In this document: piece by piece, positions 1 to 10,128 of the stretch | Position numbering within the stretch: the first letter of the stretch is position 1 | Layout of the letters: each line of letters opens with the position of its first letter | IMG/VR virus record: IMGVR_UViG_3300015360_000046 | Coordinates: 1-61,091 of that record | DNA length: 61,091 nt | From: a virus | Taxonomy: Duplodnaviria; Caudoviricetes | Direction: 5' to 3' (one strand) | The notes under the pieces: model-generated | Told to the model about the DNA's origin: nothing | What the model saw: the letters and a program-made list of their open reading frames with translations, nothing else | Database searches by the model: none | Position numbers and translations under genes: made by a program

Positions 1-2
1 TC

Positions 3-932
3 TTTGCTGCTATTATAGGACTTGGAACACAATCGCAAAGCCTAAATATGGGAAGTAATTTAATTAGCAATGTCACAGATCCAGTTAGTGCCCAAGATGC
101 TGCTACTAAATTCTATGTTGATACAACTTCAGTCGTTACTCCTGGTGGGGCAAATACAAACGTACAATTTAATAATAGTGGTTCGTTTGATGGAAATGCT
201 AATTTTGTGTGGGATGATATTAATCATGAGTTAATTGTAACACATCCTACAGATGGGGTAGGAATGCGGTTAAGTTCTCTTGCTAACACAGGAGAGTATC
301 TTTCTTTCGCAACTACTGATAACGCATCTGTTTGTTCTGTCGGGGTTGGAAATGCGTTTCCTGCACCAGATGGGCACAATGTTTTAGAATTGCGCGCGCC
401 AAATCAAATTCAATTATTTCCTGGTGCGTTTCTTTGGTCTTTCCCGAGTACTGGTGGATTGATTGGACCAAATAGTAGTATTACATATACGTTATCTTCA
501 AGTACTCTAACACTCGCTGCAAATTCCGCAGGTAATGAGGGTACGTTAAGTTTTAAGGGCGATGCAGCAAATGATAATGTTTCTCTTATAAGCTTTTTAG
601 ATTCTACTGGTGTAATTGAGTTTGCAGACATATATGCAGATAATCAAGCAGGTGTGCAATCACTTTCTATAACTGTTGATAGTGGAAATAACATTTGGCG
701 GTTTGATGAAACTGGATTGTTAACTACTCCTGGTTCTGTTGGAGTAAATGGATCAGCTGTAGCGTCAGCAGTGTTACAAGCAGATTCAACTACTAAGGGG
801 TTCTTACCTCCTAGAATGACAACCGTTCAGAGAGATGCTATTGGAGCACCTGCTACTGGTTTAATGGTCTATAATATCACAACGAATCAATGGGAAGGTT
901 GGAATGGTACTCTTTGGGCCATCCTCGGATAA
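3..932 (+). CDS. Tail fibre/virion structural protein, 5' partial (frame open from window start)
   Basis: Gly/Asn/Ser/Thr-rich beta protein; DPVSAQDAATKFYVD and STTKGFLPPRMTT..R..I..PA.GL.VYN motifs typical of phage fibre proteins. Confidence 0.7.
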   Translation, partial: FAAIIGLGTQSQSLNMGSNLISNVTDPVSAQDAATKFYVDTTSVVTPGGANTNVQFNNSGSFDGNANFVWDDINHELIVTHPTDGVGMRLSSLANTGEYLSFATTDNASVCSVGVGNAFPAPDGHNVLELRAPNQIQLFPGAFLWSFPSTGGLIGPNSSITYTLSSSTLTLAANSAGNEGTLSFKGDAANDNVSLISFLDSTGVIEFADIYADNQAGVQSLSITVDSGNNIWRFDETGLLTTPGSVGVNGSAVASAVLQADSTTKGFLPPRMTTVQRDAIGAPATGLMVYNITTNQWEGWNGTLWAILG

Positions 933-944
933 CGGTAAATAATT

Positions 945-2411
945 ATGGTATTTTACGGGTCTGGAATATTTTATGGGAATGGTGCCAAGTACGCTGGAAC
1001 AGCGTCATCAGCTGCCCAAAGTATTCCAGTTGACTTACGTTTTTACAGAACAAATCAAGATGGGATTTATGTATTTTGGTGGGGATTTGATCCTGCATTT
1101 ATAACCCCAACGCTTGCATTTACTAATTTTGATCTTCAATTAGATACAGAGGTTACGTTTGCATCCCCAAATTTAGTTACATATACAACGGCCACAGCCA
1201 TTACATATCAGAATGGGAATGTTCGTAAAGGTTTTGCAGTTCCTGTAGCAGCTAGAATTGATAGTTTGCCACAAATTTGGTATGCACGCGTGCGTACTCA
1301 TACGATTTCGTTTACGTCTGCTTGGTCTCAGATATTACCATGGACCATTCCGCCTCGAGTTCAAACTGCATACGCTGTTTCATTAATGGAATCCTTACCA
1401 GATTATCATGTATATGGTAAAGGAGATCTTCTTTTACCTGTTAATCAACGCGACTCAAATCTATATGTAGTTGAAGACATGTATGGGTATGAACTTGATA
1501 TTGTGTATTATACTAATTTTCTTACTCAGACCAATAATTATATTGATTTAGCATTAGATGAAGTTTTGTACTCTATTTATGGTGTTCAGTTTAATTTTAT
1601 TAAGCCTGAAAATATGCAGTATGTAGATTACCGTTGGATTTTGATGAATTTATATTTAGCCTCGTTAGTAGGGAGTACAAATGAAGCTATTATATTAACG
1701 GTTCAAAGTTACACAGGGATACCCCCAACTCTATTAAATATCAGAGATTTAAATGATTTCTTTTTAAATACTGTATTAGATGCTCCAATTACACCTGGTT
1801 CTCCACAAAGTACGTTTAATACAGTTTACTCATATATTGAATCAACATTTCGATTACAAAATATTACAACGGGTTTATATGTTCCGCTAAGCGCGTATTC
1901 AGTGAATGGGGTTCTTGGAACATGGACAATGAATGTTCCAACAACAAATACCCTTCAAGCCATTTATAATACAGGTACTATTAATGATCCGTTCCCAATT
2001 GTATTTGATGCATTAGCTGGTTCAACGACTTTAGCCGGTACAGTTACTTTCACAAATAATAGCACAGCTATTGTCGGAGTTGGAACTTTATTTTCAACTC
2101 AGTTAGCGTTAGGGCAGCAAATTACTAATTCTGAGGGTATTTATTTAGGAACTGTTGGACAAATTGTAGATGATACAAACTTAGTATTAGTTAATGTTTG
2201 GGCGGGTGTTACACAAATAAGTGCAGTTCGCAGGTTACTGTATTCTGATCTTCAACTCCCGCCACCAGTTCTTTGGGATAGTTCTACGCTCAAAGCAGGA
2301 TTGCTTGTTATCATTTATAACCCGTTAAATATTAACATTGAGTGGTTAAAATTATTAGTGATGTTACTCTTACCAGCCGAAGTTAAGGTGTATTTCCGAG
2401 TAGTTCAATAA
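945..2411 (+). CDS. Baseplate/tail structural protein
   Basis: 488 aa, Fn3-like N-terminal part (WYARVR..SAWS), C-terminal LLPAEVKV resembling baseplate wedge/tail protein ends; flanked by fibre genes. Confidence 0.55.
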   Translation: MVFYGSGIFYGNGAKYAGTASSAAQSIPVDLRFYRTNQDGIYVFWWGFDPAFITPTLAFTNFDLQLDTEVTFASPNLVTYTTATAITYQNGNVRKGFAVPVAARIDSLPQIWYARVRTHTISFTSAWSQILPWTIPPRVQTAYAVSLMESLPDYHVYGKGDLLLPVNQRDSNLYVVEDMYGYELDIVYYTNFLTQTNNYIDLALDEVLYSIYGVQFNFIKPENMQYVDYRWILMNLYLASLVGSTNEAIILTVQSYTGIPPTLLNIRDLNDFFLNTVLDAPITPGSPQSTFNTVYSYIESTFRLQNITTGLYVPLSAYSVNGVLGTWTMNVPTTNTLQAIYNTGTINDPFPIVFDALAGSTTLAGTVTFTNNSTAIVGVGTLFSTQLALGQQITNSEGIYLGTVGQIVDDTNLVLVNVWAGVTQISAVRRLLYSDLQLPPPVLWDSSTLKAGLLVIIYNPLNINIEWLKLLVMLLLPAEVKVYFRVVQ

Positions 2412-2436
2412 AAAGGTTCGATTAAAGGAGAAGTAT

Positions 2437-4344
2437 ATGGCATCAACAATTTTTGGAAACGGCGCACGCATAATTAAACAAGTTTTTGATTGGATGCAAT
2501 TTGGTGAAGTAATCCAAACACAGAACCTAATAGTTGATACTTTCTCCGCTGGTATTAATAATGCCACAATAGCAGGCGAAGGTTTCCTAATTATTCCTGG
2601 GAATAACAACACTGCGTTAACACCTTCTATTAATGTAACAACTGGTGGGATTGCATATGATCCTTCTAGCGCACGCATCTATATTACTTCTAGTGATATT
2701 GCACTATATAATGCTGGAAATATTAATACTACCACAAATGATGGATTAGGTAATTTCATATTGACTCCGCAGAGCACTGGTGTAGTTAACGTTCCGTTAA
2801 CGCAGCTTTCTCAAAATTATCTTTGGATCAATTACTTAGCTACTATCGACACCACTGCTTTTACATTAAATCAATTGACTAACGCAAAGATGTTCTATAA
2901 ACAAACAGATGGATACAATATTCAAGTTACTACCGTAAACGTTCCACCCAATGCAAATTCCATCTTCTTAGCTGTAATCAACTTAACAGGTGGTGGCGCA
3001 GTTGGTTTAGCTAATATCTCACAAGTCGGGCGTGTGTACTATCGTATCCTTCCTAAGGTTGTTCCTATTACAACCCCTTTAGCGAACCTATCTGATCGTA
3101 CTCTTTTTTATAATCCTGCTTCAACATATAACTTAGACGCCCATATTAAAGCAGTTGGTACAGGAACAGGTATTAGTCCAACAAATCCGCATAACACATC
3201 GTTGTCAGATTTGGGTGTATCTGTATTTGATACTGTTAATGCGCATAGACAATTAGAACACGGCAATGCAATTATAGCAGGAACAGTTGGTGATTCATAT
3301 CCCACAACCTCTGCGATGGCCACAAGTATTGCTATTGTGAATCCCGGGAGTGATTATATTATTGTTCGTCAGCTAACATCTGTTCAATATATAATTGTTA
3401 ATGGATCAGCATATAATGTAACTGCTGTGTTTGGTGTTATTCCTGTTGACGCAAATGTTACTTTTCCTGCATCTTCTGGGACGTATAATGTTTATTGGGA
3501 TTCTGTCACTAAGGCGTTTGCTGTAACTACTGCTAGTATCGCGACTGATGTTACTAAGTTTTGGCTATGCACGGTTACATATACTTTCGTAGGGCTGGGG
3601 CCAACTGATCATAATGCCTTGTCAAACTTGATTGAACGCCGTCGGATTGGTAGCACCGTTGAAAAATATCAACGTTGGGCTACAACAGCTCGTCCTCCAG
3701 TGCCATTACCAGGCGAGTACGGATTTAACATAGATATCAATGCTCCAGAGTGGTTTGACGGATCAGGCTGGCAATCTTTAACGGTTCCAACTGGCTGTAT
3801 GTTAGATTTTGGTGGATCTATTCCCCCAGTAGGATTTTTACAGTGTAACGGTACTGCTGTTAGTAGAACAACCTACTCAAATTTATTTGCAGTTGTTGGA
3901 ACTACATTTGGTGTTGGAGATGGGAGTACAACATTTAATATTCCTGATAAACGCCGCCGTGTAGCCGTTGGTTCAGGTGGAACAGGAACAGGTGTATTAG
4001 GAAATACTGTTGGCAACGTTGGTGGATCAGAAACAATTATCCTCACCACAGCGCAAATGCCTGCTCATAATCATCCTGCATCGTCGTCGTCATCTGTTTC
4101 TGATCCAACTCACAATCATAACAATTCAGGTACTGGTTCACCTGGTACTGTTGGTAGTGGCACTGCAACTATCGCAGGCGCATTCGGCGGAAACTTTCTT
4201 GCAGCTGGTCTCGCTGCTGTTATGAATCCTGCACTTACTGGTATATCCGTTTCAACTAGTACAACAACATCGAATACTGGCGGTGGTAGTGCACATGATA
4301 ATATCCAGCCTTCACTTGTTCTCACGTCAATTATTAAATACTAA
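2437..4344 (+). CDS. Tail fibre protein with tail-collar domain
   Basis: Collar motif VPTG....FGG..PP.GFLQCNG.AVSRTTY..LFAVVGTTFG.GDGSTTFNIPD, HxH tip motifs, terminal IIKY; SD AAGGAG. Confidence 0.9.
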   Translation: MASTIFGNGARIIKQVFDWMQFGEVIQTQNLIVDTFSAGINNATIAGEGFLIIPGNNNTALTPSINVTTGGIAYDPSSARIYITSSDIALYNAGNINTTTNDGLGNFILTPQSTGVVNVPLTQLSQNYLWINYLATIDTTAFTLNQLTNAKMFYKQTDGYNIQVTTVNVPPNANSIFLAVINLTGGGAVGLANISQVGRVYYRILPKVVPITTPLANLSDRTLFYNPASTYNLDAHIKAVGTGTGISPTNPHNTSLSDLGVSVFDTVNAHRQLEHGNAIIAGTVGDSYPTTSAMATSIAIVNPGSDYIIVRQLTSVQYIIVNGSAYNVTAVFGVIPVDANVTFPASSGTYNVYWDSVTKAFAVTTASIATDVTKFWLCTVTYTFVGLGPTDHNALSNLIERRRIGSTVEKYQRWATTARPPVPLPGEYGFNIDINAPEWFDGSGWQSLTVPTGCMLDFGGSIPPVGFLQCNGTAVSRTTYSNLFAVVGTTFGVGDGSTTFNIPDKRRRVAVGSGGTGTGVLGNTVGNVGGSETIILTTAQMPAHNHPASSSSSVSDPTHNHNNSGTGSPGTVGSGTATIAGAFGGNFLAAGLAAVMNPALTGISVSTSTTTSNTGGGSAHDNIQPSLVLTSIIKY

Positions 4345-4355
4345 AGGAAAATATT

Positions 4356-4613
4356 ATGACTGATTCTATTACCAGTTGCATAGTTTATAAACGATCAAAC
4401 GATGAAATCCATCATTACGATATTACATTTGCATTTGAAATTCCAGACTCTGCAAGCCAATATTCCGTTATCGCAATAACAGATTCAGATCTTACAAATC
4501 CTACAGATCTTGATGAGGTTAAAACGCTTGCATGTAGTCGAGCAGCAGTTCTTAAAGCACTCTATGCTACCAGCACAGCAGTTCAAGAGCTAATTGGCCC
4601 TGTTGAATTATAA
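4356..4613 (+). CDS. Small acidic protein, possible tail-fibre assembly protein
   Basis: Directly follows the fibre gene, SD AAGGA; function from position only. Confidence 0.4.
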   Translation: MTDSITSCIVYKRSNDEIHHYDITFAFEIPDSASQYSVIAITDSDLTNPTDLDEVKTLACSRAAVLKALYATSTAVQELIGPVEL

Positions 4614-4629
4614 TAGAGGAGGAATAATT

Positions 4630-5142
4630 ATGGATTGGTTATCGCTTATTAATAAGGTTCTTGAATTGTTCAAGACTAAAAAAGTAGAGTCAAAACTTCC
4701 TAATGTTCCTGTTGTTCTCTCGTATTATGGTACAACCCTTAAATTGGTTCGCAAAACTGATAATGAATGGTGCACACAGGGTGAGCTCACTATAAATGAT
4801 GTATTTATCTGTTTTACGATTGAGCTCCCAAAGATCAGTAATAATGGGGCTAAGGTTCGTGTAGCAGCTGGTACATATACTATGTCTATGTACCAAGGTT
4901 CAAAATGGCCTTATAAAGTACCTTTGTTAGATACAACTTCGATTGGACGAACATATATAGAGATTCATCCAAGCAACTTTGCTATCAGACCCTCTGACGG
5001 TAAAGTATTTTTGGAGGGTTGCATCGCTCCTGGCCTTACTCAAGGCGAGGATTACGTAAATAGTTCTAAGCTTGCTCTGGATCTAATTTTAACAAAGATT
5101 GATTGGACCAAGCCTGTTAGAATTATCATCTTCGACCTGTAA
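4630..5142 (+). CDS. DUF5675-family protein (putative lysis/cell-wall enzyme)
   Basis: T.G.L...CFTIELP, IEIHPSN, EGCIAPG motifs; start moved to ATG after GGAGG. Confidence 0.7.
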   Translation: MDWLSLINKVLELFKTKKVESKLPNVPVVLSYYGTTLKLVRKTDNEWCTQGELTINDVFICFTIELPKISNNGAKVRVAAGTYTMSMYQGSKWPYKVPLLDTTSIGRTYIEIHPSNFAIRPSDGKVFLEGCIAPGLTQGEDYVNSSKLALDLILTKIDWTKPVRIIIFDL

Positions 5143-5165
5143 ACTTACCTACTTAAAAATAAAAG

Positions 5166-5200
5166 TTGACTTTCGTATAAACCCCATGTATAATGATTAC
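5166..5200 (+). promoter_or_regulatory. Sigma70-type promoter, leaderless
   Basis: TTGACT-17 bp-TATAAT, ATG 6 nt downstream at 5201. Confidence 0.75.
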
Positions 5201-5503
5201 ATGGACCGATGTTTTATTTGCATAAATAAGCCTAATCACAAATTCAACGAATGCAAGAGCGCTAGTTGTGAGTGTGCATGCGTTTACGAGATTTACGATC
5301 GACCACGGAATGAGTTGGTTGATGATGTGCTTGACGCAAATCCTAAATTTTTAAAGATTCCTAATGTTGAGATTAAGAAATTACCTGACTTGGCTAAGTT
5401 GATATCTCGATTCAATAAAATCAAGAAAAGCGAATGGGTGCCAAAGACCAAAGATAAGCGCTTTACTAGCAAGCGCAAAACATATGAGTATCATAACGCT
5501 TAA
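5201..5503 (+). CDS. Cys-rich hypothetical protein, paralogue of 12038-12310
   Basis: CFxC..H.F..C...SC.CACV.E....P.NE and ISRF.KI shared with 12038 ORF. Confidence 0.7.
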   Translation: MDRCFICINKPNHKFNECKSASCECACVYEIYDRPRNELVDDVLDANPKFLKIPNVEIKKLPDLAKLISRFNKIKKSEWVPKTKDKRFTSKRKTYEYHNA

Positions 5504-6254
5504 AACAAGCGAACAAATAGATCTTATTACTAAAGCTGCGACGATCACTTCTGATTGTCTCAGTTTTTTAAGTTTACAGGTGAAACCGGGTGCGACAAGC
5601 AAACAATTAGATATGCTTGCTAATGATTTTATTATGGCGCGTGGTGGAACAGCGGCTTGTAAAGGTTATCAAGATTTTCCAGCAGCAATATGTATTTCTG
5701 TAAATTCACAGGCTGTACATTGCATTCCAGATGATACTCCTTTTAAAGAAGGCGATGTAGTAAAATTAGATCTAGTTGTAGATTATAAGGGATGGAAAGC
5801 TGATTCAGCCTTAACTGTTCTAATTCCACCAGTGAAACCAGAGATACAGAAGCTTGTCCAGAACACATACCAAGCCATGATAAATGGTATTAGACAGTGT
5901 GTAGAAGGAAATACAGTGCAAGACATCAGCAAGGCAATTTATGCCACTAGAGGTGATTGTGGGGTGATTCGTGAATTCACTGGACACGGTATAGGTAAAG
6001 AGATTCATGAGGCTCCTCAAATTCGCAACTATGTTAATGATAATCAATCTACTCCTGTTTTAGTTGCGGGAATGGTACTTTGTATTGAACCTATTTTCTG
6101 TATTGGAGATCCTGCCATATACCATAAAAAGGGTGAATGGAACACCTGGATGTTTTCAGGAAATTCTGCTGCTCATTTTGAGCATAGTATCCTTATTAAT
6201 CCATTTCCCCAACACCCAACAATTTTAACTTTAAGAAAGAATGAAGTGATTTAA
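5484..6254 (+). CDS. map: Methionine aminopeptidase type I
   Basis: ICISVN..VH.IP, D..(10)..D, GHGIG...HE.P, IEP, AHFEH metal ligands. Confidence 0.95.
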   Translation: MSIITLKTSEQIDLITKAATITSDCLSFLSLQVKPGATSKQLDMLANDFIMARGGTAACKGYQDFPAAICISVNSQAVHCIPDDTPFKEGDVVKLDLVVDYKGWKADSALTVLIPPVKPEIQKLVQNTYQAMINGIRQCVEGNTVQDISKAIYATRGDCGVIREFTGHGIGKEIHEAPQIRNYVNDNQSTPVLVAGMVLCIEPIFCIGDPAIYHKKGEWNTWMFSGNSAAHFEHSILINPFPQHPTILTLRKNEVI

Positions 6255-6311
6255 TGGCTAATTATACAAACAGATTTGGAAACACGGCCATTGCACAGTT
6301 ACTTATATAAT

Positions 6312-6362
6312 TAGGCCTAATGGCCTATGTACATTCTTACTTATTTACGTTATAATAACTCT
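6312..6362 (+). promoter_or_regulatory. Dyad-promoter cassette copy 1 (divergent spacer)
   Basis: TAGGCC-TAAT-GGCCTA dyad, TGTACA(6328)-17 bp-TATAAT(6351), ATG at 6363. Confidence 0.8.
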
Positions 6363-6515
6363 ATGCGACAATATGTATTTTCAATTACGCTTGTGTTATC
6401 TTTGTTGACAAGTGGATGTGCTTTGAGTACAGGTATTCGTTTTGGAGATGATGGTTCAGTGAGCAAACCACAAGTTCATGGATCAGTTAATGTATCAGGT
6501 ACGCATGGTTATTAG
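6363..6515 (+). CDS. Small lipoprotein (leaderless)
   Basis: Hydrophobic signal with lipobox-like LTSGC. Confidence 0.65.
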   Translation: MRQYVFSITLVLSLLTSGCALSTGIRFGDDGSVSKPQVHGSVNVSGTHGY

Positions 6516-6565
6516 CATAGAAACAAACCCTACGAGGCTTAACTTAAAAGCGAGGAAACACTAAA

Positions 6566-7825
6566 ATGAAAAAGCTAGTATTGACAGTCATCGCTCTAAT
6601 CCTTGGGTCTATTTCTCAGGTGCGAGCAAATAATGTTACAGATACACTCTCACCTGGACAGTCACCTGTTATTGGTTCAATTCTTTACTATAAAGCAGGT
6701 GGTGGGAATAGTAAGGGAACGTGGGCACTTCCTTCCTCAATTCCTGGCTTGACAGGAGCAACAGGAGCAACAGGAGCACAGGGACTTCAAGGAATTGCAG
6801 GTATAAATGGAACTAACGGTGTTGACGGCGTTAATGGAACTAACGGTGTTGACGGCGTTAATGGAACTAACGGTGTTGACGGCGTTAATGGAACTAACGG
6901 TGTTGACGGCGTTAATGGAACTAACGGAACTAACGGATTAACTGGTGTGCAGGGAATTCAAGGTGGCAAAGGTGATCAGGGCGTTGCAGGGGTAACAGGC
7001 GTGAATGGTGCTCAGGGTTCTAAAGGAGACAAAGGAGACAAAGGAGACAAAGGAGACAAAGGAGACACTGGCTTAGTTGGTGCAATTCACGCTAATGATG
7101 GAGTTAACGGAACAGCTTCAAACGTTGATACTCTAGATGTCAAAGGTGATGGAGTTGTTGTTTCTCAGGCTACTAACGTTGGATCGCTTGACTTGAGCAA
7201 TCTTAATACAAATCAGACCAAAGTAAACACAACAAACGTCACAAACTTGAATAATGATGTTACTAATATCAATGATAAGTCATTTAATACCACTAATAAC
7301 AGTAGTCTTCAGTCCCAGATCAATAACGTCAATCAAGGTGTTACGAATAATACGACTCAGATCAATAGCTTGAATCAGAGTGTGACTAACCTTAATAGCC
7401 AAGCTGCAGATGCAAACCATCGTATCTCTCGGTTGGAAGAAACAAAGTATCTTCTTGAACCTACAATTCGTATCTTTGATACGAAGCATTTTCAAGGTCA
7501 GATCTTTGATTCGTATGATGTTCGTCGAGGTCGAAACTTTGCCATCGGTGCTCGCATTATGTTGAAACTTGGTAAATCATACGAAGAAAAGCTGATCGCA
7601 AATGCAAATCGAGACACAGCGGCATTATTGGCTGCTAACGTTGGTGATACTATCGTGGAACGGAAGGCTATTCTAGCTCAGTTGAAGCTGGATAAGCAGT
7701 TGATTGCAGATCAAGTCGCCTTGCTGGAAATTGCTCGTAAGCAGTTGCTTGCGCAGGAAGCTCGGTTGACGACACTAGAGGCGTTCAACCACTCAGATGT
7801 TACTATTCAACTGGGAGGACGCTAA
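6566..7825 (+). CDS. Secreted collagen-like/coiled-coil protein
   Basis: Signal peptide MKKLVL..RA, long Gly-X-Y tract, Asn-rich heptad stalk, beta-strand segment, C-terminal coiled coil. Confidence 0.8.
   Translation: MKKLVLTVIALILGSISQVRANNVTDTLSPGQSPVIGSILYYKAGGGNSKGTWALPSSIPGLTGATGATGAQGLQGIAGINGTNGVDGVNGTNGVDGVNGTNGVDGVNGTNGVDGVNGTNGTNGLTGVQGIQGGKGDQGVAGVTGVNGAQGSKGDKGDKGDKGDKGDTGLVGAIHANDGVNGTASNVDTLDVKGDGVVVSQATNVGSLDLSNLNTNQTKVNTTNVTNLNNDVTNINDKSFNTTNNSSLQSQINNVNQGVTNNTTQINSLNQSVTNLNSQAADANHRISRLEETKYLLEPTIRIFDTKHFQGQIFDSYDVRRGRNFAIGARIMLKLGKSYEEKLIANANRDTAALLAANVGDTIVERKAILAQLKLDKQLIADQVALLEIARKQLLAQEARLTTLEAFNHSDVTIQLGGR
6806..6927 (+). repeat. 27-bp tandem repeat x4.5 (NGTNGVDGV)
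   Basis: AATGGAACTAACGGTGTTGACGGCGTT, identical copies. Confidence 0.95.
7022..7066 (+). repeat. 9-bp tandem repeat x5 (KGD)
   Basis: AAAGGAGAC x5. Confidence 0.95.
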
Positions 7826-7826
7826 C

Positions 7827-8171
7827 ATGTCAAACGTGAATAAGTCAAAAACCACTGCCTTTGGCAGTGGTGTTGCCTTGGGGCTTCTGTTGGCTGGTGG
7901 AACGTTCCTTGGCTTTCAAGATAAGCTCACCCCGCTCCCTGTCGTTGAGACAGTGACGGTAGAGAGGGTTGTGGTTAAAGAAGTCCGTGTGGATAGGTCC
8001 GTTATTGAACCTAAGCTCTATCGTGCGTCTCAGCTTGACGCAGAGGGTAATGTTGTAGCGACATGGGAAGTGGTCAAGTGTGCATTTCGTGTCGTCGGTG
8101 CAACACTGACGGATAAGGCGGGAAACACCTTTGCTGTGGCTGGTAACATCCGCATTGAATCAATCAAGTAG
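7827..8171 (+). CDS. Membrane-anchored hypothetical protein
   Basis: SD GGAGG, N-terminal hydrophobic helix. Confidence 0.6.
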   Translation: MSNVNKSKTTAFGSGVALGLLLAGGTFLGFQDKLTPLPVVETVTVERVVVKEVRVDRSVIEPKLYRASQLDAEGNVVATWEVVKCAFRVVGATLTDKAGNTFAVAGNIRIESIK

Positions 8172-8244
8172 CACAGGTGGGATGTTAGAAGGAGAGACTC
8201 ATTACGAAAACATCTACAGAAAGATTCTTTCTATAAAAAATATT

Positions 8245-8293
8245 AGGCCCTTAGACCTATGTACATTCTTATCTACTCCTGGTATAATATAGT
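8245..8293 (+). promoter_or_regulatory. Dyad-promoter cassette copy 2
   Basis: AGGCC-CTTA-GACCT, TGTACA-TTCTTATCTACTCCTGG-TATAAT-ATAGT-ATG. Confidence 0.85.
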
Positions 8294-8971
8294 ATGACCA
8301 AATCAAAGGAGACACCTAATATGAATCGACACTTTTTGAAGTGTACTTATTGTGAACGGCCAATGTCAGTGAATGTTAGTGACGCATCTGAACTTAAGAT
8401 CATCTTAGCTCAAGCATGTCCGTTGTGTGGTGAAAAAGCACTTAAGTATATGGGGCGTGTTCAACAGACTAACCTTGTTAGGACGGGCGTTAAAGCCGCG
8501 TGTGATCTTCGATGCACCAATGCAGTCGGTCCTAAATGTGATTGCATGTGTTCTCATCTCAATCATGGTACTCATCGTTTGGTTACGTTTGATAAGGTTG
8601 TCGGTCGGCTGGAAGTGGTTGAAAAAGATCTCCTTAATAATAACGAGAGTTATCTCGCTCGTATTAAGCGCATGGCTGACGCGAAAAATCGTATTAAGGT
8701 GAAAGTTATTACATTCTTGACATATAGATATCGTGCTGCGATTGATGCTAAAAACAATACAAATCATGGATATATAGCTGACAATACATTGTACTACGAA
8801 TACCATGATTATCGTAATTTCTTGCAGAAGATTGACAAGACTGAAGATCTTTTAAGCATTCAGCGCAAGGTTACACTGTTTGCCAAGATGATTCCTCAAC
8901 TTGGCTCAACACTTGATTATCTTGAAGCATTGAGTGCCGCAAAGGAAGCGAAAGAAGCGGTTGCTGCTTGA
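8294..8971 (+). CDS. Zinc-binding phage protein
   Basis: CxxC..CxxC ribbon plus CD.RC..A.G..C.C.C...NHG motif; in-frame SD-led ATG at 8321. Confidence 0.65.
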   Translation: MTKSKETPNMNRHFLKCTYCERPMSVNVSDASELKIILAQACPLCGEKALKYMGRVQQTNLVRTGVKAACDLRCTNAVGPKCDCMCSHLNHGTHRLVTFDKVVGRLEVVEKDLLNNNESYLARIKRMADAKNRIKVKVITFLTYRYRAAIDAKNNTNHGYIADNTLYYEYHDYRNFLQKIDKTEDLLSIQRKVTLFAKMIPQLGSTLDYLEALSAAKEAKEAVAA

Positions 8972-9942
8972 ACAAAATTGTAGAAATTAAATTCGGTAGC
9001 TATTTATATGGGACAAACACCCCGAATAGCGATCTAGACTTTAAGGGTATCTACTTGCCTACAGCGCGAGAGATTTGCCTTGAAAAGGTCGCTAGGAATG
9101 TCAGCACGTCTCGTCCAAAACGCGAGTATGAGAAGAACACAAAGGATGATATAGATTCTGAGGTTTTTAGTCTCAAGGAGTATCTACGTCTTCTTTGTGA
9201 TGGTCAGACCGTCGCCTTAGATATGTTATTTTCACCAGATTCCTTTCAAATCTTTAAGGGTGACGAGTACCATTTGTTTCAAACGATCTATAAGAATAAG
9301 GATCGATTAATCTCTAAAGGTATCCTAAGCTTCATTGGGTATGCACGCAAGCAAGCCTCGAAGTACGGAATTAAAGGTTCGCGTGTTCGGGCTGTTAAAG
9401 AGATCATTGATTTCTTGACATTGCATGAGAGCACTGCGTTAATTAGCGAGTTAGATGATAAGATTGCTATTTCAGGACTCTTGTCAAATGAATTTATTAA
9501 GTACGTGGTTGACGTTGACAATAATGGCACAAATATTATCTACTTCGAAGTATGCGGCCGTAAATTTCAGCAGACAAATAATGTGGCGTATATACTTGGG
9601 GTTTTAACTAAGATTTATAACGGGTATGGACAACGAGCACGTCAGGCTGAAGAAAATGATGGTATTGATTGGAAGGCACTTTCTCATGCTGTTCGAGTTA
9701 ATTATGAAGGACAAGAATTACTACGAACAGGCTTTATTAAATTCCCGTGCACAAATAAACAATTGCTTTTAGACATAAAGAACGGTATAATTCCTTACAA
9801 GGAAGTTGAAACGGTTATTGAACAGGGGTTGATAGATTTAGAAGCGGCCCAAGCAAATTCAATACTTCGTGATGAACCTGATTTAAAGTGGCGAGATGAT
9901 TTTGTATACGATGTTTATTCAAGCATAGTTAAAGGAAAATAA
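8968..9942 (+). CDS. Pol-beta-superfamily nucleotidyltransferase (RlaP/YcgL-like)
   Basis: GS.LYGTNTP.SD.D.KG motif; DWKALSHAVR. Confidence 0.85.
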   Translation: MNKIVEIKFGSYLYGTNTPNSDLDFKGIYLPTAREICLEKVARNVSTSRPKREYEKNTKDDIDSEVFSLKEYLRLLCDGQTVALDMLFSPDSFQIFKGDEYHLFQTIYKNKDRLISKGILSFIGYARKQASKYGIKGSRVRAVKEIIDFLTLHESTALISELDDKIAISGLLSNEFIKYVVDVDNNGTNIIYFEVCGRKFQQTNNVAYILGVLTKIYNGYGQRARQAEENDGIDWKALSHAVRVNYEGQELLRTGFIKFPCTNKQLLLDIKNGIIPYKEVETVIEQGLIDLEAAQANSILRDEPDLKWRDDFVYDVYSSIVKGK

Positions 9943-9944
9943 TA

Positions 9945-10017
9945 GCCACCCTAGCTCAATTGGCAGAGCAATCCCTTTGTAAGGGATAGGTTAAGAGTTC
10001 GACTCTCTTGGGTGGCT
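9945..10017 (+). tRNA. tRNA-Thr(UGU)
   Basis: GCCACCC/GGGTGGC acceptor, GCTC/GAGC D stem, ATCCC-TTTGTAA-GGGAT anticodon arm, TTCGA T loop; CCA not encoded. Confidence 0.95.
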
Positions 10018-10039
10018 GTGATTTTCTTGTAGACTCATT

Positions 10040-10128
10040 TGGCTCTTAGCACAATGGTAGTGCAGCAAGCTTATACCTTGCAAGTCCCAGATCGGGGCGA
10101 GATGTAGGTTCGATTCCTACAGAGCCAA
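10040..10128 (+). tRNA. tRNA-Ile(UAU) with long variable arm
   Basis: TGGCTCT/AGAGCCA acceptor, GCAC/GTGC D stem, GCAAG-CTTATAC-CTTGC anticodon arm, 22-nt variable region, GTAGG-TTCGATT-CCTAC. Confidence 0.85.

Noticed and set aside
8200-8240. Intrinsic terminator at AGAAAG-ATT-CTTTCT
   Set aside because: Weak AT-rich stem with no U-tract on the coding strand
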